DNA of 64,000 bases, from positions 5,412-69,411 of the IMG/VR virus record IMGVR_UViG_3300038673_000315, one strand, 5' to 3'. The number at the start of each line of letters is the position of its first letter. Within the stretch, counting starts at the first letter, position 1. The notes below the pieces were generated by a model. The model was not told where the DNA came from, did no database searches, and worked only from the letters and a program-made list of their open reading frames with translations. Shown piece after piece: positions 37,925 to 47,142 of this stretch. The translations under genes were made by a program, and so were the position numbers. The stretch comes from a virus (lineage: Duplodnaviria; Caudoviricetes).

Positions 37925-39592
37925 TCACAGAAGGAAAACTTTATTTCCGCGCCGATTGTCGCGGATTGCTTTTTGCATCTCTTCGCCGCCTTCGTCTTCA
38001 TCCTCTCCGTCAACGGCTTCGTCCACCATATCGTTTATGTCATCATCAAAATCGTTCGGGTCAATGTCTGCGTCACCCGTGTCTGCTCCGCCACCATCGC
38101 CTTCTGCCCCCTGCTGGTCTTGCATTTCTTTCGCCTGAAGATATTGCAGGTATGTCGGATTAAGAATAAGGTTGCCACCAACTTCAAGGGGTTTCAGGTC
38201 GTTTTCTGCCCTGATTTCGTCAATGGTTTTATATGTCCGGGCTTTCTTTTCTGCCAAATCAGCTTCAAACCCGCGATCCGTTGGATTTATGCCATTGAAC
38301 CGAAAAACAAAATCACGCGCAAAGTCATAACCGCATATACGCAAAACCTTGTTTATGTCATCGGAAAACTGGCCAAGCAGATCGAGCAAAGCCCGGCTTT
38401 TTGAAAATTTCTGCTTTGCGTCCTGATTTTCGGAAAGCACGGATTGAGCCTGATTAAAGCGCAATCCAGTTTCGGCCAAATCAGCACCCATAACGGCAGC
38501 GGTCAAAGCCCCTGTAAATTCAAGATATTTCTGATATTCCATATCGCGGTTTGACGGCAGCAGGTTCAAAATTTTGGCATCACCGTTCAGAATCGGAATG
38601 TTCCACTGACCGTCTTCGCCCTCAAAATTCGCCATCCATTCGTCTTGCATATCTTCAAGCTGTTCTGTCGTGTAGCCGGAATCCTTGCCCATTGAAACCG
38701 CAACTTTCGGAATTGCCGACCGGGAAAGGCCATTACTATTGAATTTCAGCGAATTGATAAAAGCGATGATTGCCTGATTTGCTTTTTCTACAACAGAAAA
38801 TCCCTGCTTATAGTATCGTATGTCATTGCGTTCGTTTTTGATTGAGAAAAGAAGATCATGAGCAGTGAACGCTGCGACAATGCCTCCGCCCGTGCCGTAA
38901 AGAAGTTCCTGAATATAGCAGATTTTTTCTTTCGGTGGAATTGCTTCAATTCGCGCCTCTACCAACTTATCCATGAGCGGAGTCACGCCGACACGCATAG
39001 CCCCGGCAATTTGGGAGGTCGTGCCGACAAAACCGCCCGGGAGAATAGGCAAAATGGTTGCACCGTCCAAAGCCCAGAGCGAAACAAGGCGGCCTTTGCG
39101 ATCCCTTTCGAGTTCCCAAGCAACTTTATCAATCAAAATCCTGTCACGGACATACTTCGCAAAAACTTCTTTGAACGTATGATGATCGTTCGTTATTGGT
39201 TCATAGTCTTCAACGCGCATTTCTTGAATCATGTTTTCAAGGAATTGTTTTTGTTTTTTGCGTTTAGGCGTGAGCGTTTCGTCCGGATCCTTTAAGGCAA
39301 CTTCCCATCCGGGCATATCCTTGTCGTGAACAAGGTTTGAAAATTCCTGTATCTGCTGCATTCTGAGCGTGATAACTGCGCCAACAACCGGATTGCGAAA
39401 CTCTACCAAGCGCAAAAGATAGTCGGGTATTTTATCTTTAGGGTAAACTACATTATTGTATTCGACATTATTTAGATAATCAAAAGTCATGCCGCGTTTA
39501 ACAGACCGCTTTAATTGCCGGTCAAGAGCCTTCGCGCTTTCCATCGCGCTATCATACGCGGCCTTCATCATTACTGCTGACTGTTCGTCCAT
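37925..39592 (-). CDS. Portal protein
   Basis: 555 aa; DKVAWELERDRKGRLVSLWALDGATI, GFSVVE, REYQKYLEF-type motifs; acidic tail ending MQKAI. Confidence 0.88.
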   Translation of the reverse strand: MDEQSAVMMKAAYDSAMESAKALDRQLKRSVKRGMTFDYLNNVEYNNVVYPKDKIPDYLLRLVEFRNPVVGAVITLRMQQIQEFSNLVHDKDMPGWEVALKDPDETLTPKRKKQKQFLENMIQEMRVEDYEPITNDHHTFKEVFAKYVRDRILIDKVAWELERDRKGRLVSLWALDGATILPILPGGFVGTTSQIAGAMRVGVTPLMDKLVEARIEAIPPKEKICYIQELLYGTGGGIVAAFTAHDLLFSIKNERNDIRYYKQGFSVVEKANQAIIAFINSLKFNSNGLSRSAIPKVAVSMGKDSGYTTEQLEDMQDEWMANFEGEDGQWNIPILNGDAKILNLLPSNRDMEYQKYLEFTGALTAAVMGADLAETGLRFNQAQSVLSENQDAKQKFSKSRALLDLLGQFSDDINKVLRICGYDFARDFVFRFNGINPTDRGFEADLAEKKARTYKTIDEIRAENDLKPLEVGGNLILNPTYLQYLQAKEMQDQQGAEGDGGGADTGDADIDPNDFDDDINDMVDEAVDGEDEDEGGEEMQKAIRDNRRGNKVFLL

Positions 39593-39624
39593 GTGTGCGA
39601 CCTTTGGAAGTGTTTGAGAAAGGA

Positions 39625-39654
39625 AAGAATCAAAATAACGATTGTGTCAATAGT
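39625..39654 (-). promoter_or_regulatory. Candidate late-operon promoter (TTGACA without a canonical -10)
   Basis: Minus strand TTGACAcaatcgttattttgatt between an upstream terminator and the portal start. Confidence 0.35.
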
Positions 39655-39666
39655 TTTTTGCGAGTG

Positions 39667-39702
39667 CAAAAAAAATCCGGCACACGGAAACCGCATGCCG
39701 GT
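39667..39702 (-). terminator. Rho-independent terminator
   Basis: ccggca-N13-tgccgg stem followed by a T run on the minus strand, downstream of 39767. Confidence 0.6.
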
Positions 39703-39766
39703 AAATTGAATTGGAGTAAAGTCGATGAGAATAGAACAATAAAGCCCTGACGCTATGCGTCAAGGA

Positions 39767-40165
39767 TTATTTTTCGTCACCGTCCTCGTCGTCATCATCT
39801 TCGTCAGAATCGGAATCATCATCTTTTTTGTCGTCTTCTTCGCCGGAATCCAAATCCTCTTCTTTGTCGTCATCTTCTTCTTCATCTTCTTCTTCGGTAG
39901 AGTCTTTGTCTGCCGCTCCGGAATCCTTTACCGGTTCAGCGATAAATTCAGCCAGAAAATCGGACGGGTCAACAGAGCGAATGTCCATAATCCGCCCTTC
40001 GGGAGTAGTTTCGAGCTTTACGCAGTCCTCAAGACCACCATTCATCAGAGCAAGCGCAACAAAATTCCATGCAGTCGCCGCCGCACGGATAGTCTGCTGA
40101 CTGTAAATCGTCCCGTTTCTTGTACCTTCGTCGAGAATCGCTTTGAAAGCCTCTTCAAATTTCAT
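39767..40165 (-). CDS. Hypothetical protein with highly acidic C-terminus
   Basis: 132 aa; last about 40 aa almost entirely D/E. Confidence 0.6.
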   Translation of the reverse strand: MKFEEAFKAILDEGTRNGTIYSQQTIRAAATAWNFVALALMNGGLEDCVKLETTPEGRIMDIRSVDPSDFLAEFIAEPVKDSGAADKDSTEEEDEEEDDDKEEDLDSGEEDDKKDDDSDSDEDDDDEDGDEK

Positions 40166-40530
40166 TACCTTACCTCTCGTTTTGTTTGTTCGCTTCGCGC
40201 TTTTATCAATTCATAATCCAACCGGCTTGTCAAGAACACGCGCCTCGTGTGTTCAAAATAAGCATCAAAGATTGGCACGAAATGCAATTCCTTGATAAAC
40301 CCCAAAAGCTGAATCCCTTTAAGGGGTACAACATTCGGGTCTTTCTCTGGATTTTCCCAGAGTTTTTGCCTGTGCTTTTCAACCGCCTGAAGATGGAAAG
40401 GCAGCGTCAAGATGCGATTGTATTCTTTCTGATCCTTCTCCGGCAGTTCCCGCTTCCCCCCTGTATAGCAAAGGGCATACACCTTGTCAAATTCAATAAC
40501 GCGCCCGGCAATCGTCTCACTCCCCGCCAT
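40165..40530 (-). CDS. Hypothetical protein
   Basis: Coupled ORF, 121 aa. Confidence 0.55.
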   Translation of the reverse strand: MAGSETIAGRVIEFDKVYALCYTGGKRELPEKDQKEYNRILTLPFHLQAVEKHRQKLWENPEKDPNVVPLKGIQLLGFIKELHFVPIFDAYFEHTRRVFLTSRLDYELIKARSEQTKREVR

Positions 40531-40801
40531 TTTCAGCCTCCGGTCCCCTTTGCATCTTTCGCTTTTCTTTGGCTTTCATCTCTTCCCGCGCAATCACCGC
40601 AACACTATACAAAACCGCAGACCTTTCCTGTGCAGTGAGTTCTGATTTTTTTTCAAGAATCAATTTTGCTTCGTCAAATATTGAGCGATTGTTTTTCTCA
40701 AGGTATGAAAAAACCCTCCGGGCGAGAGTTGAAAACCGTCCATTAACGCTACAACCAACTGCGCTTTCCGCATCGGCAAGAATCTTTCTTTGATTATTCA
40801 T
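40517..40801 (-). CDS. Hypothetical protein
   Basis: Coupled ORF, 94 aa. Confidence 0.5.
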   Translation of the reverse strand: MNNQRKILADAESAVGCSVNGRFSTLARRVFSYLEKNNRSIFDEAKLILEKKSELTAQERSAVLYSVAVIAREEMKAKEKRKMQRGPEAENGGE

Positions 40802-41049
40802 TCAGACACCTCTAAAGCCTCATTGTCGGCAAGTTCGGCAATCTGGGCGTCATACTCCCCGGCTGCGAATTTTTTCAGCTCATCAATATTTTCGAGAACC
40901 GCATTGACCTTGTTTTTCGACAAGTTGAAACCACCGCCAAAAAAGTTACCGAAAATATGAACCATCGGCTGACCTTTGAATCTGCTATACCTCTTGACCT
41001 TTGCAACAGGCTTTTCTGCTGTTGCTGCTTCCATTGTGACTTTTTTCAT
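40798..41049 (-). CDS. Small PC4-like nucleic-acid-binding protein (putative)
   Basis: RFKGQPMVHI...FNLSKNKVNAVLENIDELKKF pattern. Confidence 0.4.
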   Translation of the reverse strand: MKKVTMEAATAEKPVAKVKRYSRFKGQPMVHIFGNFFGGGFNLSKNKVNAVLENIDELKKFAAGEYDAQIAELADNEALEVSE

Positions 41050-41332
41050 GTATTACCACCTTTTTGTTTTGGTTCGTGTTGTAATATCCGCTTTCCATGC
41101 GCTCAAGCGTTCGCCTGATTTTATACAATACTTTTTCCCTGCCATATTCATGTATTAAAACATGCTGCAATCCTATGACAATAACATCGGCAAGCTCCTC
41201 AATCCATTCATCTGATCCAACCAGCGTTTCGAGAAATTCATCTATTTCTTCGTATAATTTTTTCATCTGCGTGTTTTGACCAAAATGGCAATATATTGTT
41301 TTTAGTTTTTCGCTGATCCGATCATCAAGCAT
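40985..41332 (-). CDS. MazG-like NTP pyrophosphohydrolase
   Basis: KLYEEIDEF...EELADVIV...K..RTLER; likely start MLDDR at 41332. Confidence 0.7.
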   Translation of the reverse strand: MLDDRISEKLKTIYCHFGQNTQMKKLYEEIDEFLETLVGSDEWIEELADVIVIGLQHVLIHEYGREKVLYKIRRTLERMESGYYNTNQNKKVVIHEKSHNGSSNSRKACCKGQEV

Positions 41333-41669
41333 TTTTTGACACCTGCGGTTTTTTGTTAAGAAACTGACACCGATTCTCATATACCCCCAGAGCTTTCAAA
41401 AACTCACTCTTTACGGCTTCAAACTCTTTGGCGGAATAAGAGACAATGTCGTCAATCCCAAGTATGCGGCCATAAAAAAATCCATGTTCTTCAATCCATT
41501 CGACCGATCCCGTGTACTGACCATGCACCAGCTTTATAGTGCAGACCGTTTGTCCTTTTTCTTTTCGGCCTTTGACTTTGACTTCTTTTTCTCTTCCTGC
41601 TGCTGATTGACAACAGTTTCCACCACAACCGCAAACTCTTTCACTTCCCTCATTTTCTGTCTGTTGCAT
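41325..41669 (-). CDS. HicB-like antitoxin domain protein (start uncertain)
   Basis: YTGSVEWIEEHGFFYGRILGIDDIVSY...FLKALGVY matches the HicB N-terminal domain. Confidence 0.6.
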   Translation of the reverse strand: MQQTENEGSERVCGCGGNCCQSAAGREKEVKVKGRKEKGQTVCTIKLVHGQYTGSVEWIEEHGFFYGRILGIDDIVSYSAKEFEAVKSEFLKALGVYENRCQFLNKKPQVSKNA

Positions 41670-41791
41670 TTTAGATTATACTCCCTGCATTTTATGTGTG
41701 AAGGAAAAGAGCAAAGGCTTTCGGAAAAGCATGTTTCACAGTTTTTTTCAGAAACCTGCTTCGCGTGAATCATACAATATTCTTTTTCCAT
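41534..41791 (-). CDS. Small Cys-rich hypothetical protein
   Basis: C..H....C..C....C...C pattern. Confidence 0.4.
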   Translation of the reverse strand: MEKEYCMIHAKQVSEKNCETCFSESLCSFPSHIKCREYNLKCNRQKMREVKEFAVVVETVVNQQQEEKKKSKSKAEKKKDKRSAL

Positions 41792-42120
41792 TGTTCCTCA
41801 ATCCTTTCCATTTCTTCTGATAGTTCAGAAATTTCCTTTTCAAGTTTTGCTATCATCTCTTCTTTTGCGTCAATACGTTTTTGCAGTACGTCATAATGTT
41901 TTTTTGACAGGCTATATTTTTTCCTGTCGTTCATTCTGTCTTTTTCCGTGCGCTTAACAACTCCGCGTTTTTTCCTTTCGCAATCTTTGCATAAAGGCGG
42001 AACGATTAGAGCGTTTCCGCGATCCTTCCGGTGATAACACCGGAAGTCTGAAAGCGGTTTTTCCTCTTTGCAACCTTTGCATATCGAGTGTGTTTTTATC
42101 ATCACACCACAGCCTGACAA
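41770..42120 (-). CDS. Zinc-finger protein (HNH-associated type finger, no nuclease domain)
   Basis: CKGCKEEKPLSDF...LCKDC plus coiled coil. Confidence 0.55.
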   Translation of the reverse strand: MSGCGVMIKTHSICKGCKEEKPLSDFRCYHRKDRGNALIVPPLCKDCERKKRGVVKRTEKDRMNDRKKYSLSKKHYDVLQKRIDAKEEMIAKLEKEISELSEEMERIEEQWKKNIV

Positions 42121-42362
42121 GATTTAATGAAAGCGTGAACATGCTTGTATTTACTTTCGATGTACTGGTCAAACTCTTTGCGTGCTTCGTCCATTTTTGC
42201 CTGCGTTTCGGCGTCGAACAAAAACACGCGGCCTGACGCCGTTTCTATTATCTGCGGTCTTGCACACGCATCAAGCAGAGAAAACATTTTTTGATTAAAT
42301 GCTTTCAGCATGTCGTCATTGACATACTCTTCGTACTCTTTTTGGATTTCTGTTGTTTCCAT
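42102..42362 (-). CDS. Hypothetical protein
   Basis: 86 aa with GGAG SD. Confidence 0.5.
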   Translation of the reverse strand: METTEIQKEYEEYVNDDMLKAFNQKMFSLLDACARPQIIETASGRVFLFDAETQAKMDEARKEFDQYIESKYKHVHAFIKSCQAVV

Positions 42363-42419
42363 CGTTTCACTCCGTTTTTATTATGACACAATCAAAAGCG
42401 AAAAAAAGAAAAAATCAAC

Positions 42420-43802
42420 TCATTTTTTATCTGCCGACACACTTTCTCTTTTCTTTCGAGCCTGAGCCTTCAAGACTTCGCGCTTCTGCTTTCTCATTTC
42501 TTTTTTTGCGTCTATGAGTTTTTTCTTTTGATCTGATTTTTTACCTGACAGCACTCCGGGGGCTGCGTTTAGCATTGCCAAATGTTCAATGGAATATCTC
42601 ACGGCTGATATTGCATCGTCCATGATCTTTACCGGTTCATCCATCGGATTGCCGTCTTTATCTTTCCGCCATTGATACTGTTCAAGTTCTTGCATGAGTC
42701 GCGGGCATTTCTCCGCATCAATAACCCATTTCGGGAACGATTTTAGGTAATCAATCGTCCTTTGCACCGATCCTTTGCCTTTTTTGGCCGGGGTGACGCT
42801 ATATCCGGCTTTCAGCATTGCATTTCCACGCGCCGGGTCTTCTGAGTCATACACAACGCGCTGCTGCTTCGGTATAAACCGAAACTCTTCGATCAGGTCA
42901 ATATAATCATCATTAGTTGTTTCATACGCAACCAATTCGTCAAAGGTATAAAGTACTCCGTCAATTATAGTACTGAGTACAAGACAAGTCGGGTGATTGT
43001 AGCCAAAATCAAGGCCAGCAAGAATATCTGTTGTGTCGAGTGAATCGCGAGAAACCGGAAGTTTCCCGTTTTCATAGTTTGAAAATATCCGTCCTTCGGC
43101 AACACCCCACTGCCCCAAAGCATAAATATTGTAAAAATTCTGGTCATAATCTTTGAAACCTTCGAGCGTTTCGGCATAATCTTTAGTCAAAAACGGGTTG
43201 TCCTTGTATGTCGAGTGGTGAAGCATTGAAAAGCTTGAATATTCCGTTGAATCAAAAAAATATTTTTTGATCCAGTTCTTTGAGCTAACCGGATTAAGCA
43301 TTAGTGTGAATTGGAAATAATTTTTTGACTGTCCGCGCAATCGAATAAGCAACTGCCGGAATGAGTCAATATTTCCTTCGCTTGCCTCTTCAAATATAAC
43401 GCGCTCAAGAATCCCGCTCCCTCCGGGAAAAGAAATTGACTTCAACCTTTCCACATCGTCAAGGCCGCGATAATAAATAATAGCTCCGTTTGCGATACAC
43501 TCAAATGTCATGTCAGTCTTGTTTTCCTTGAACAAGTCCTGAAGCCCGAAACGGTTTATGATTTGTTTGGTCAGCGCAAAAGTCGAAGTCCTGTTGGAAG
43601 TCGCGGTCTGCCTAACAACAAGATAATTACAGGCATTTGTTATGACATTATATATCATTTCCGAAAAGACAAAATAACTTTTTCCGCTTCCCGCTCCGCC
43701 CTTTAGAACGCGAATTTTTTTTTTACTTTCAAACACATCCCAGAACGTCCGTGGGATGCAGTCGTAAAATCGGGAAAAGTCAACAACAACCTTTTTACCC
43801 AT
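42420..43802 (-). CDS. terL: Terminase large subunit (PBSX-like)
   Basis: Walker A GGAGSGKS, Walker B VIFEEASE, NP motif, nuclease GLDFGYNHP and DDAISAVRY. Confidence 0.93.
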   Translation of the reverse strand: MGKKVVVDFSRFYDCIPRTFWDVFESKKKIRVLKGGAGSGKSYFVFSEMIYNVITNACNYLVVRQTATSNRTSTFALTKQIINRFGLQDLFKENKTDMTFECIANGAIIYYRGLDDVERLKSISFPGGSGILERVIFEEASEGNIDSFRQLLIRLRGQSKNYFQFTLMLNPVSSKNWIKKYFFDSTEYSSFSMLHHSTYKDNPFLTKDYAETLEGFKDYDQNFYNIYALGQWGVAEGRIFSNYENGKLPVSRDSLDTTDILAGLDFGYNHPTCLVLSTIIDGVLYTFDELVAYETTNDDYIDLIEEFRFIPKQQRVVYDSEDPARGNAMLKAGYSVTPAKKGKGSVQRTIDYLKSFPKWVIDAEKCPRLMQELEQYQWRKDKDGNPMDEPVKIMDDAISAVRYSIEHLAMLNAAPGVLSGKKSDQKKKLIDAKKEMRKQKREVLKAQARKKRESVSADKK

Positions 43803-44506
43803 TACTCTTCAGTCTCTCTTGCAGCGGGTTTTATCACAATTTCAATTGTCTTTGTTTCGTCTTCTGTTTTCATCATGTTTTGAATTTGCGCCCGAACCTT
43901 CAATGCTTCAAGTTTTGAATACATTTTGACTTTGATATTTTCGTCAACACCATCCTTTGTGTTTTTGCGAATGTATTCGATTGACTGTATTGCTTTTCTG
44001 GCGTGTTCGGGAATGTCGTCAAGCGTCTTGACTGAAAGCGTTCCGCCCTTAAGATCGATAACTTCAGATATATCGGCAAGAGCAAGAGCATGAATTTGAT
44101 TATATGTTTTGCCCTTTTCAATGTCCGTTTCGCGGTCTTTCCAAATTTTAGAATATATTTGCTTGATACCCGCAATTATCTTATCGGTTCTTAGAAGATC
44201 ATAAGCCCGAACGCTGGCAGCATTGTATGAGCATTTGGGATAAACCAGCATATAAGCCCGCGTACCATTGCCGCCATTTTCGACATACGCATAACAGAAC
44301 GCACGGTGTAAAGGTGAAAGTTTATCAAGCGGATCGCTTTCCAGTTCCATTTTCATTTTTTCATGTATTCCCCTTTTTACGGGGGGTGTTTTTCTTTTGG
44401 CCTTTGGTTTTTCCGGCAATGTTTCCGCTTTTGTCTCTGGCAATGTTGCCGTCTCCGTTTCCGCTGTATCCGGTCTTTTTGGTTTTTTGATTTCTATTTC
44501 TGACAT
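43802..44506 (-). CDS. terS: Terminase small subunit
   Basis: HRAFCYAYVENGGNGTRAY...SYNAASVRAYDLL HTH; KIKMYSKLEAL-type C-terminus; directly before terL. Confidence 0.85.
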   Translation of the reverse strand: MSEIEIKKPKRPDTAETETATLPETKAETLPEKPKAKRKTPPVKRGIHEKMKMELESDPLDKLSPLHRAFCYAYVENGGNGTRAYMLVYPKCSYNAASVRAYDLLRTDKIIAGIKQIYSKIWKDRETDIEKGKTYNQIHALALADISEVIDLKGGTLSVKTLDDIPEHARKAIQSIEYIRKNTKDGVDENIKVKMYSKLEALKVRAQIQNMMKTEDETKTIEIVIKPAARETEE

Positions 44507-44933
44507 ATCCGCCCTCTTCGATTATTATTTCAATTTCAACTTTATCCTCAAGTCCGTAGAGTTTTGTCGTTTCCCCTGCATAGACCTGACCATCATCGTA
44601 AAATACTATTTTATTCATACAGTCAAGATAAAACTTTTCAAGATTATCTTTGTCTTTTTTTTTCAGGTGCGGTATTATTTCCCCGGCTTCGAGCGCATCC
44701 CGCATTCTGTTTGTCATTTCTGATTTTGCCGGGGTAAAAAAAAAGGTCATGTTTACCCGCACGGGCACACCTGCGGGTATCATTTCTTTTTGCCATAGAG
44801 TTTTGATATTTCTCATTGTTTTGTTTTTTTCTTTTTCCTGGGAACAATATACGATGCCGTTGGCAAATCGCGGTCTTTTTTTTGCGATTGGCACACCTTT
44901 GATTGTCATTGAATATATGGCTTTAATTTTCAT
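44361..44933 (-). CDS. rusA: RusA-family Holliday junction resolvase
   Basis: GVPIAKKRPR...HLKKKDKDNLEKFYLDCMN.IVFYDDGQV; the C-terminal 45 aa overlap terS and may not be genuine. Confidence 0.85.
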   Translation of the reverse strand: MKIKAIYSMTIKGVPIAKKRPRFANGIVYCSQEKEKNKTMRNIKTLWQKEMIPAGVPVRVNMTFFFTPAKSEMTNRMRDALEAGEIIPHLKKKDKDNLEKFYLDCMNKIVFYDDGQVYAGETTKLYGLEDKVEIEIIIEEGGYVRNRNQKTKKTGYSGNGDGNIARDKSGNIAGKTKGQKKNTPRKKGNT

Positions 44934-45493
44934 CCGACAACCTCAAAGACGGTGATTGGCCGTCCTTTGGATGGTTTTATTGTTGCTTTGATTTTTTCTG
45001 TTGCGAGAAGATAGTCCAGAATATCATCAATAGCCATTGTTCTGAATCTTTGTCTGACATCTGTTTTTGTGCATGATCCGCCTTTTTCGCAAATATAATC
45101 CATGATATTCTGTGCATCAATTTTACCTTTTGATTTTAATGGTTTTGATTTTTTTTGTTCTTCGACAATGATTTGAGCAATTTCGCTGGCAATTTTCATT
45201 GTTGCTTTTTTTGCATAATGAGTGTCTTCCGCCTCATCAATCCACTGAGCTACTATTTTTTTGTCTGCATTGGGGGCATCGAAAAACATTGCATGTTTTA
45301 CCATTGCGAAAGCCAATTTTACAGATATACACACATCAGCCTGAAGAAGAAAGAAGTCTTCTTTTTCTTCGATGGTTGGAAAGAATGTTTTCACTTCTGC
45401 GACATCGACAACCCTTTGACAGTTCATGCGCCTGCATAGCCATGAAAGATAAACGAACGGTTTACCGTTCAAATCTTCGGTTTGTACTTTCAT
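44930..45493 (-). CDS. Hypothetical protein with C-terminal winged-helix-like domain
   Basis: IMDYICEKGGSCTKTDVRQRF...KGRPITVFEV. Confidence 0.5.
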   Translation of the reverse strand: MKVQTEDLNGKPFVYLSWLCRRMNCQRVVDVAEVKTFFPTIEEKEDFFLLQADVCISVKLAFAMVKHAMFFDAPNADKKIVAQWIDEAEDTHYAKKATMKIASEIAQIIVEEQKKSKPLKSKGKIDAQNIMDYICEKGGSCTKTDVRQRFRTMAIDDILDYLLATEKIKATIKPSKGRPITVFEVVG

Positions 45494-45599
45494 TTTCCGA
45501 TCCTCTTTAGTTTGAGATAATGAAAAACAATGAATATCTGCAACCGGGGAAAAGCAAATCTTTTTTGCAGATATTGGTATTTTCTGAAAATAAGATTTA

Positions 45600-46085
45600 C
45601 ACCATTATAATGAAGAAAACATAGTATTTATTATTATTATTATTTATTATTTCAATAATTCAATATATATCATGTTTTCTTTTTTGTTGTTATTATCTAT
45701 TATTATCTGTTATTAACAATATTTTATTATATTTACAAACCAATAAGTGTTATTAACAAGAGTGTTTTTGTTTTGTAGTTATAGGTATCTTTTTCACTGT
45801 TATTTACGCAATAAAAGAAATACATAGGGCTTGAATTATTGAATTTTAAGGGTCTTTTTGACAAAAAACATCTTCAGCCGTCAAATCCGACCTTATTATA
45901 CACTTAATTGCGTGAAAATAAGGGTAAAAATCCCTGTTTTGGCATGATCTGCCGGGATAGAAATTCAAATGAAATTTCAAGTGAAAACGTGAATTTCTAT
46001 TTTTTAAGAATTTTTAGCAAAAAACAAAGAAATTAAGGCGTTTTTCAGGCTAAAATTCAAATGAAATTTCAAGGAAATTCAAGGT
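45600..46085. repeat. AT-rich non-coding region with direct and inverted repeats (origin-like)
   Basis: tgttattaacaa at 45708 and 45748; aattcaaatgaaatttcaag at about 45962 and 46054; ttcaataattcaa (45651) with inverted copy ttgaattattgaa (45831). Confidence 0.55.
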
Positions 46086-46162
46086 TTTTTTAGTGCTTAA
46101 AAATTCTTGACTATTTTCGTTGAAACCGTAAAACGGAAAAAACAAAGGAAGGTGTATGTGTT

Positions 46163-46468
46163 ATGACTATTGAAGAACAAGTTAAAGAGCAGGCATTGAT
46201 TATTCTGGAAATGCTGCGAATCGTGGAAAAGCTGGCAAGGGGTGATTTTATGGACGGCATAGAGCGAAAATCTTTTAAGTCTTTGCGGGAAAGGATCGTG
46301 AGTGCCTCTGGGAATGAAGCATCAATCAAAGATGATCCGGAACAAAGTCTTCCGGCAAAAAACATCATAAAAAAACCCGCCTTTCGAGCGGGTTTTTTTA
46401 TTACTTGGTCTTTGTCGGCCTGCCGCCCTTTGACGGCATATTTTCAAGTTTTTTCTGGTATGCCATAA
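46163..46468 (+). CDS. Hypothetical protein (3' end uncertain)
   Basis: Good SD (aaggaaggt); the frame runs through the terminator into the convergent gene. Confidence 0.45.
   Translation: MTIEEQVKEQALIILEMLRIVEKLARGDFMDGIERKSFKSLRERIVSASGNEASIKDDPEQSLPAKNIIKKPAFRAGFFITWSLSACRPLTAYFQVFSGMP
46369..46399. terminator. Bidirectional terminator
   Basis: aaaaaacccgc-ctttcga-gcgggttttttt between convergent genes. Confidence 0.75.
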
Positions 46469-46622
46469 TATCCCTGTCGAAAACCAGTATGATCTTACCC
46501 TGTTTAATTGCAGGGAGAAAGCCAGACTTGATATGATTCAGGATTGTTGCCTTGCTCTTTTCTGCCTGCTGCGCAACCTCTTCCGGTGTTGCATACATTC
46601 CGGCTTTTTTAATTTCAATCAT
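46401..46622 (-). CDS. Excisionase-like (MerR/HTH_17) DNA-binding protein
   Basis: YATPEEVAQ..EKSKATILNHIKSGFLPA.K.G; AT-hook-like GGRP tail. Confidence 0.7.
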   Translation of the reverse strand: MIEIKKAGMYATPEEVAQQAEKSKATILNHIKSGFLPAIKQGKIILVFDRDIMAYQKKLENMPSKGGRPTKTK

Positions 46623-46726
46623 TGCTTTACCATCCTTTTGGTTTTTTTTGATTTTCCAAACATGATAGGCTTCTAAATTACAAAACGGTCAAACACAAAA
46701 AAAATTAAAAAAATAATTTTTTATCA

Positions 46727-46756
46727 TTGACAAGGCGTATATACAGTATATACATT
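46727..46756 (+). promoter_or_regulatory. Sigma70-type promoter with GTATATAC box
   Basis: TTGACA-18-TACATT; near-identical layout at 51480. Confidence 0.6.
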
Positions 46757-46759
46757 ACC

Positions 46760-46846
46760 TATTCCCGCCTCATTTCTGCTACTGTATTTCCTGCCTCAAA
46801 CAACCAAATTTAACCCCTTAAACAATAGGTTTAAGGGGTTCTTTTT
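46760..46846 (+). ncRNA. Candidate small RNA (about 87 nt)
   Basis: Lies between the promoter and a 12-bp hairpin (aaccccttaaac/gtttaaggggtt) plus T run; no ORF; two TTCCYGCCTCA motifs. Confidence 0.45.
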
Positions 46847-47121
46847 ATCAATCCGGTGTCAATGTATGGTTTGTTACAAAAAGCCCGTTTAGAACGTTAG
46901 AAATGCGGTTTAGAACGCTTATATTTTAGTCTCACAACCCCATTTTGGCGGTATTTTTGCTTTTTGTGTCAATGATGGAAACGAAAGCCGATTTTCGCGC
47001 TTGCCTGTTTTTTGCTGCATTAAAATTGAAAATATTACAGTAATTTTCTGAATTTTGTTTTTTTAATAATATCGAAAAATAAAACACATAACACGGACAT
47101 TATTCTAAAAATATAAAAAAA

Positions 47122-47142
47122 TAACGTCAATAATTGACGTTA
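47122..47142. promoter_or_regulatory. Perfect palindrome (operator-like)
   Basis: taacgtcaat-a-attgacgtta. Confidence 0.5.

Noticed and set aside
37730-40216. Plus-strand ORFs rich in Phe/Ser/Val (224, 153, 90 aa)
   Set aside because: Antisense shadows of acidic or Lys-rich minus-strand genes.
44361-44506. Functional overlap of RusA C-terminus with terS
   Set aside because: The extension looks like read-through of off-frame terS sequence, with no motif.
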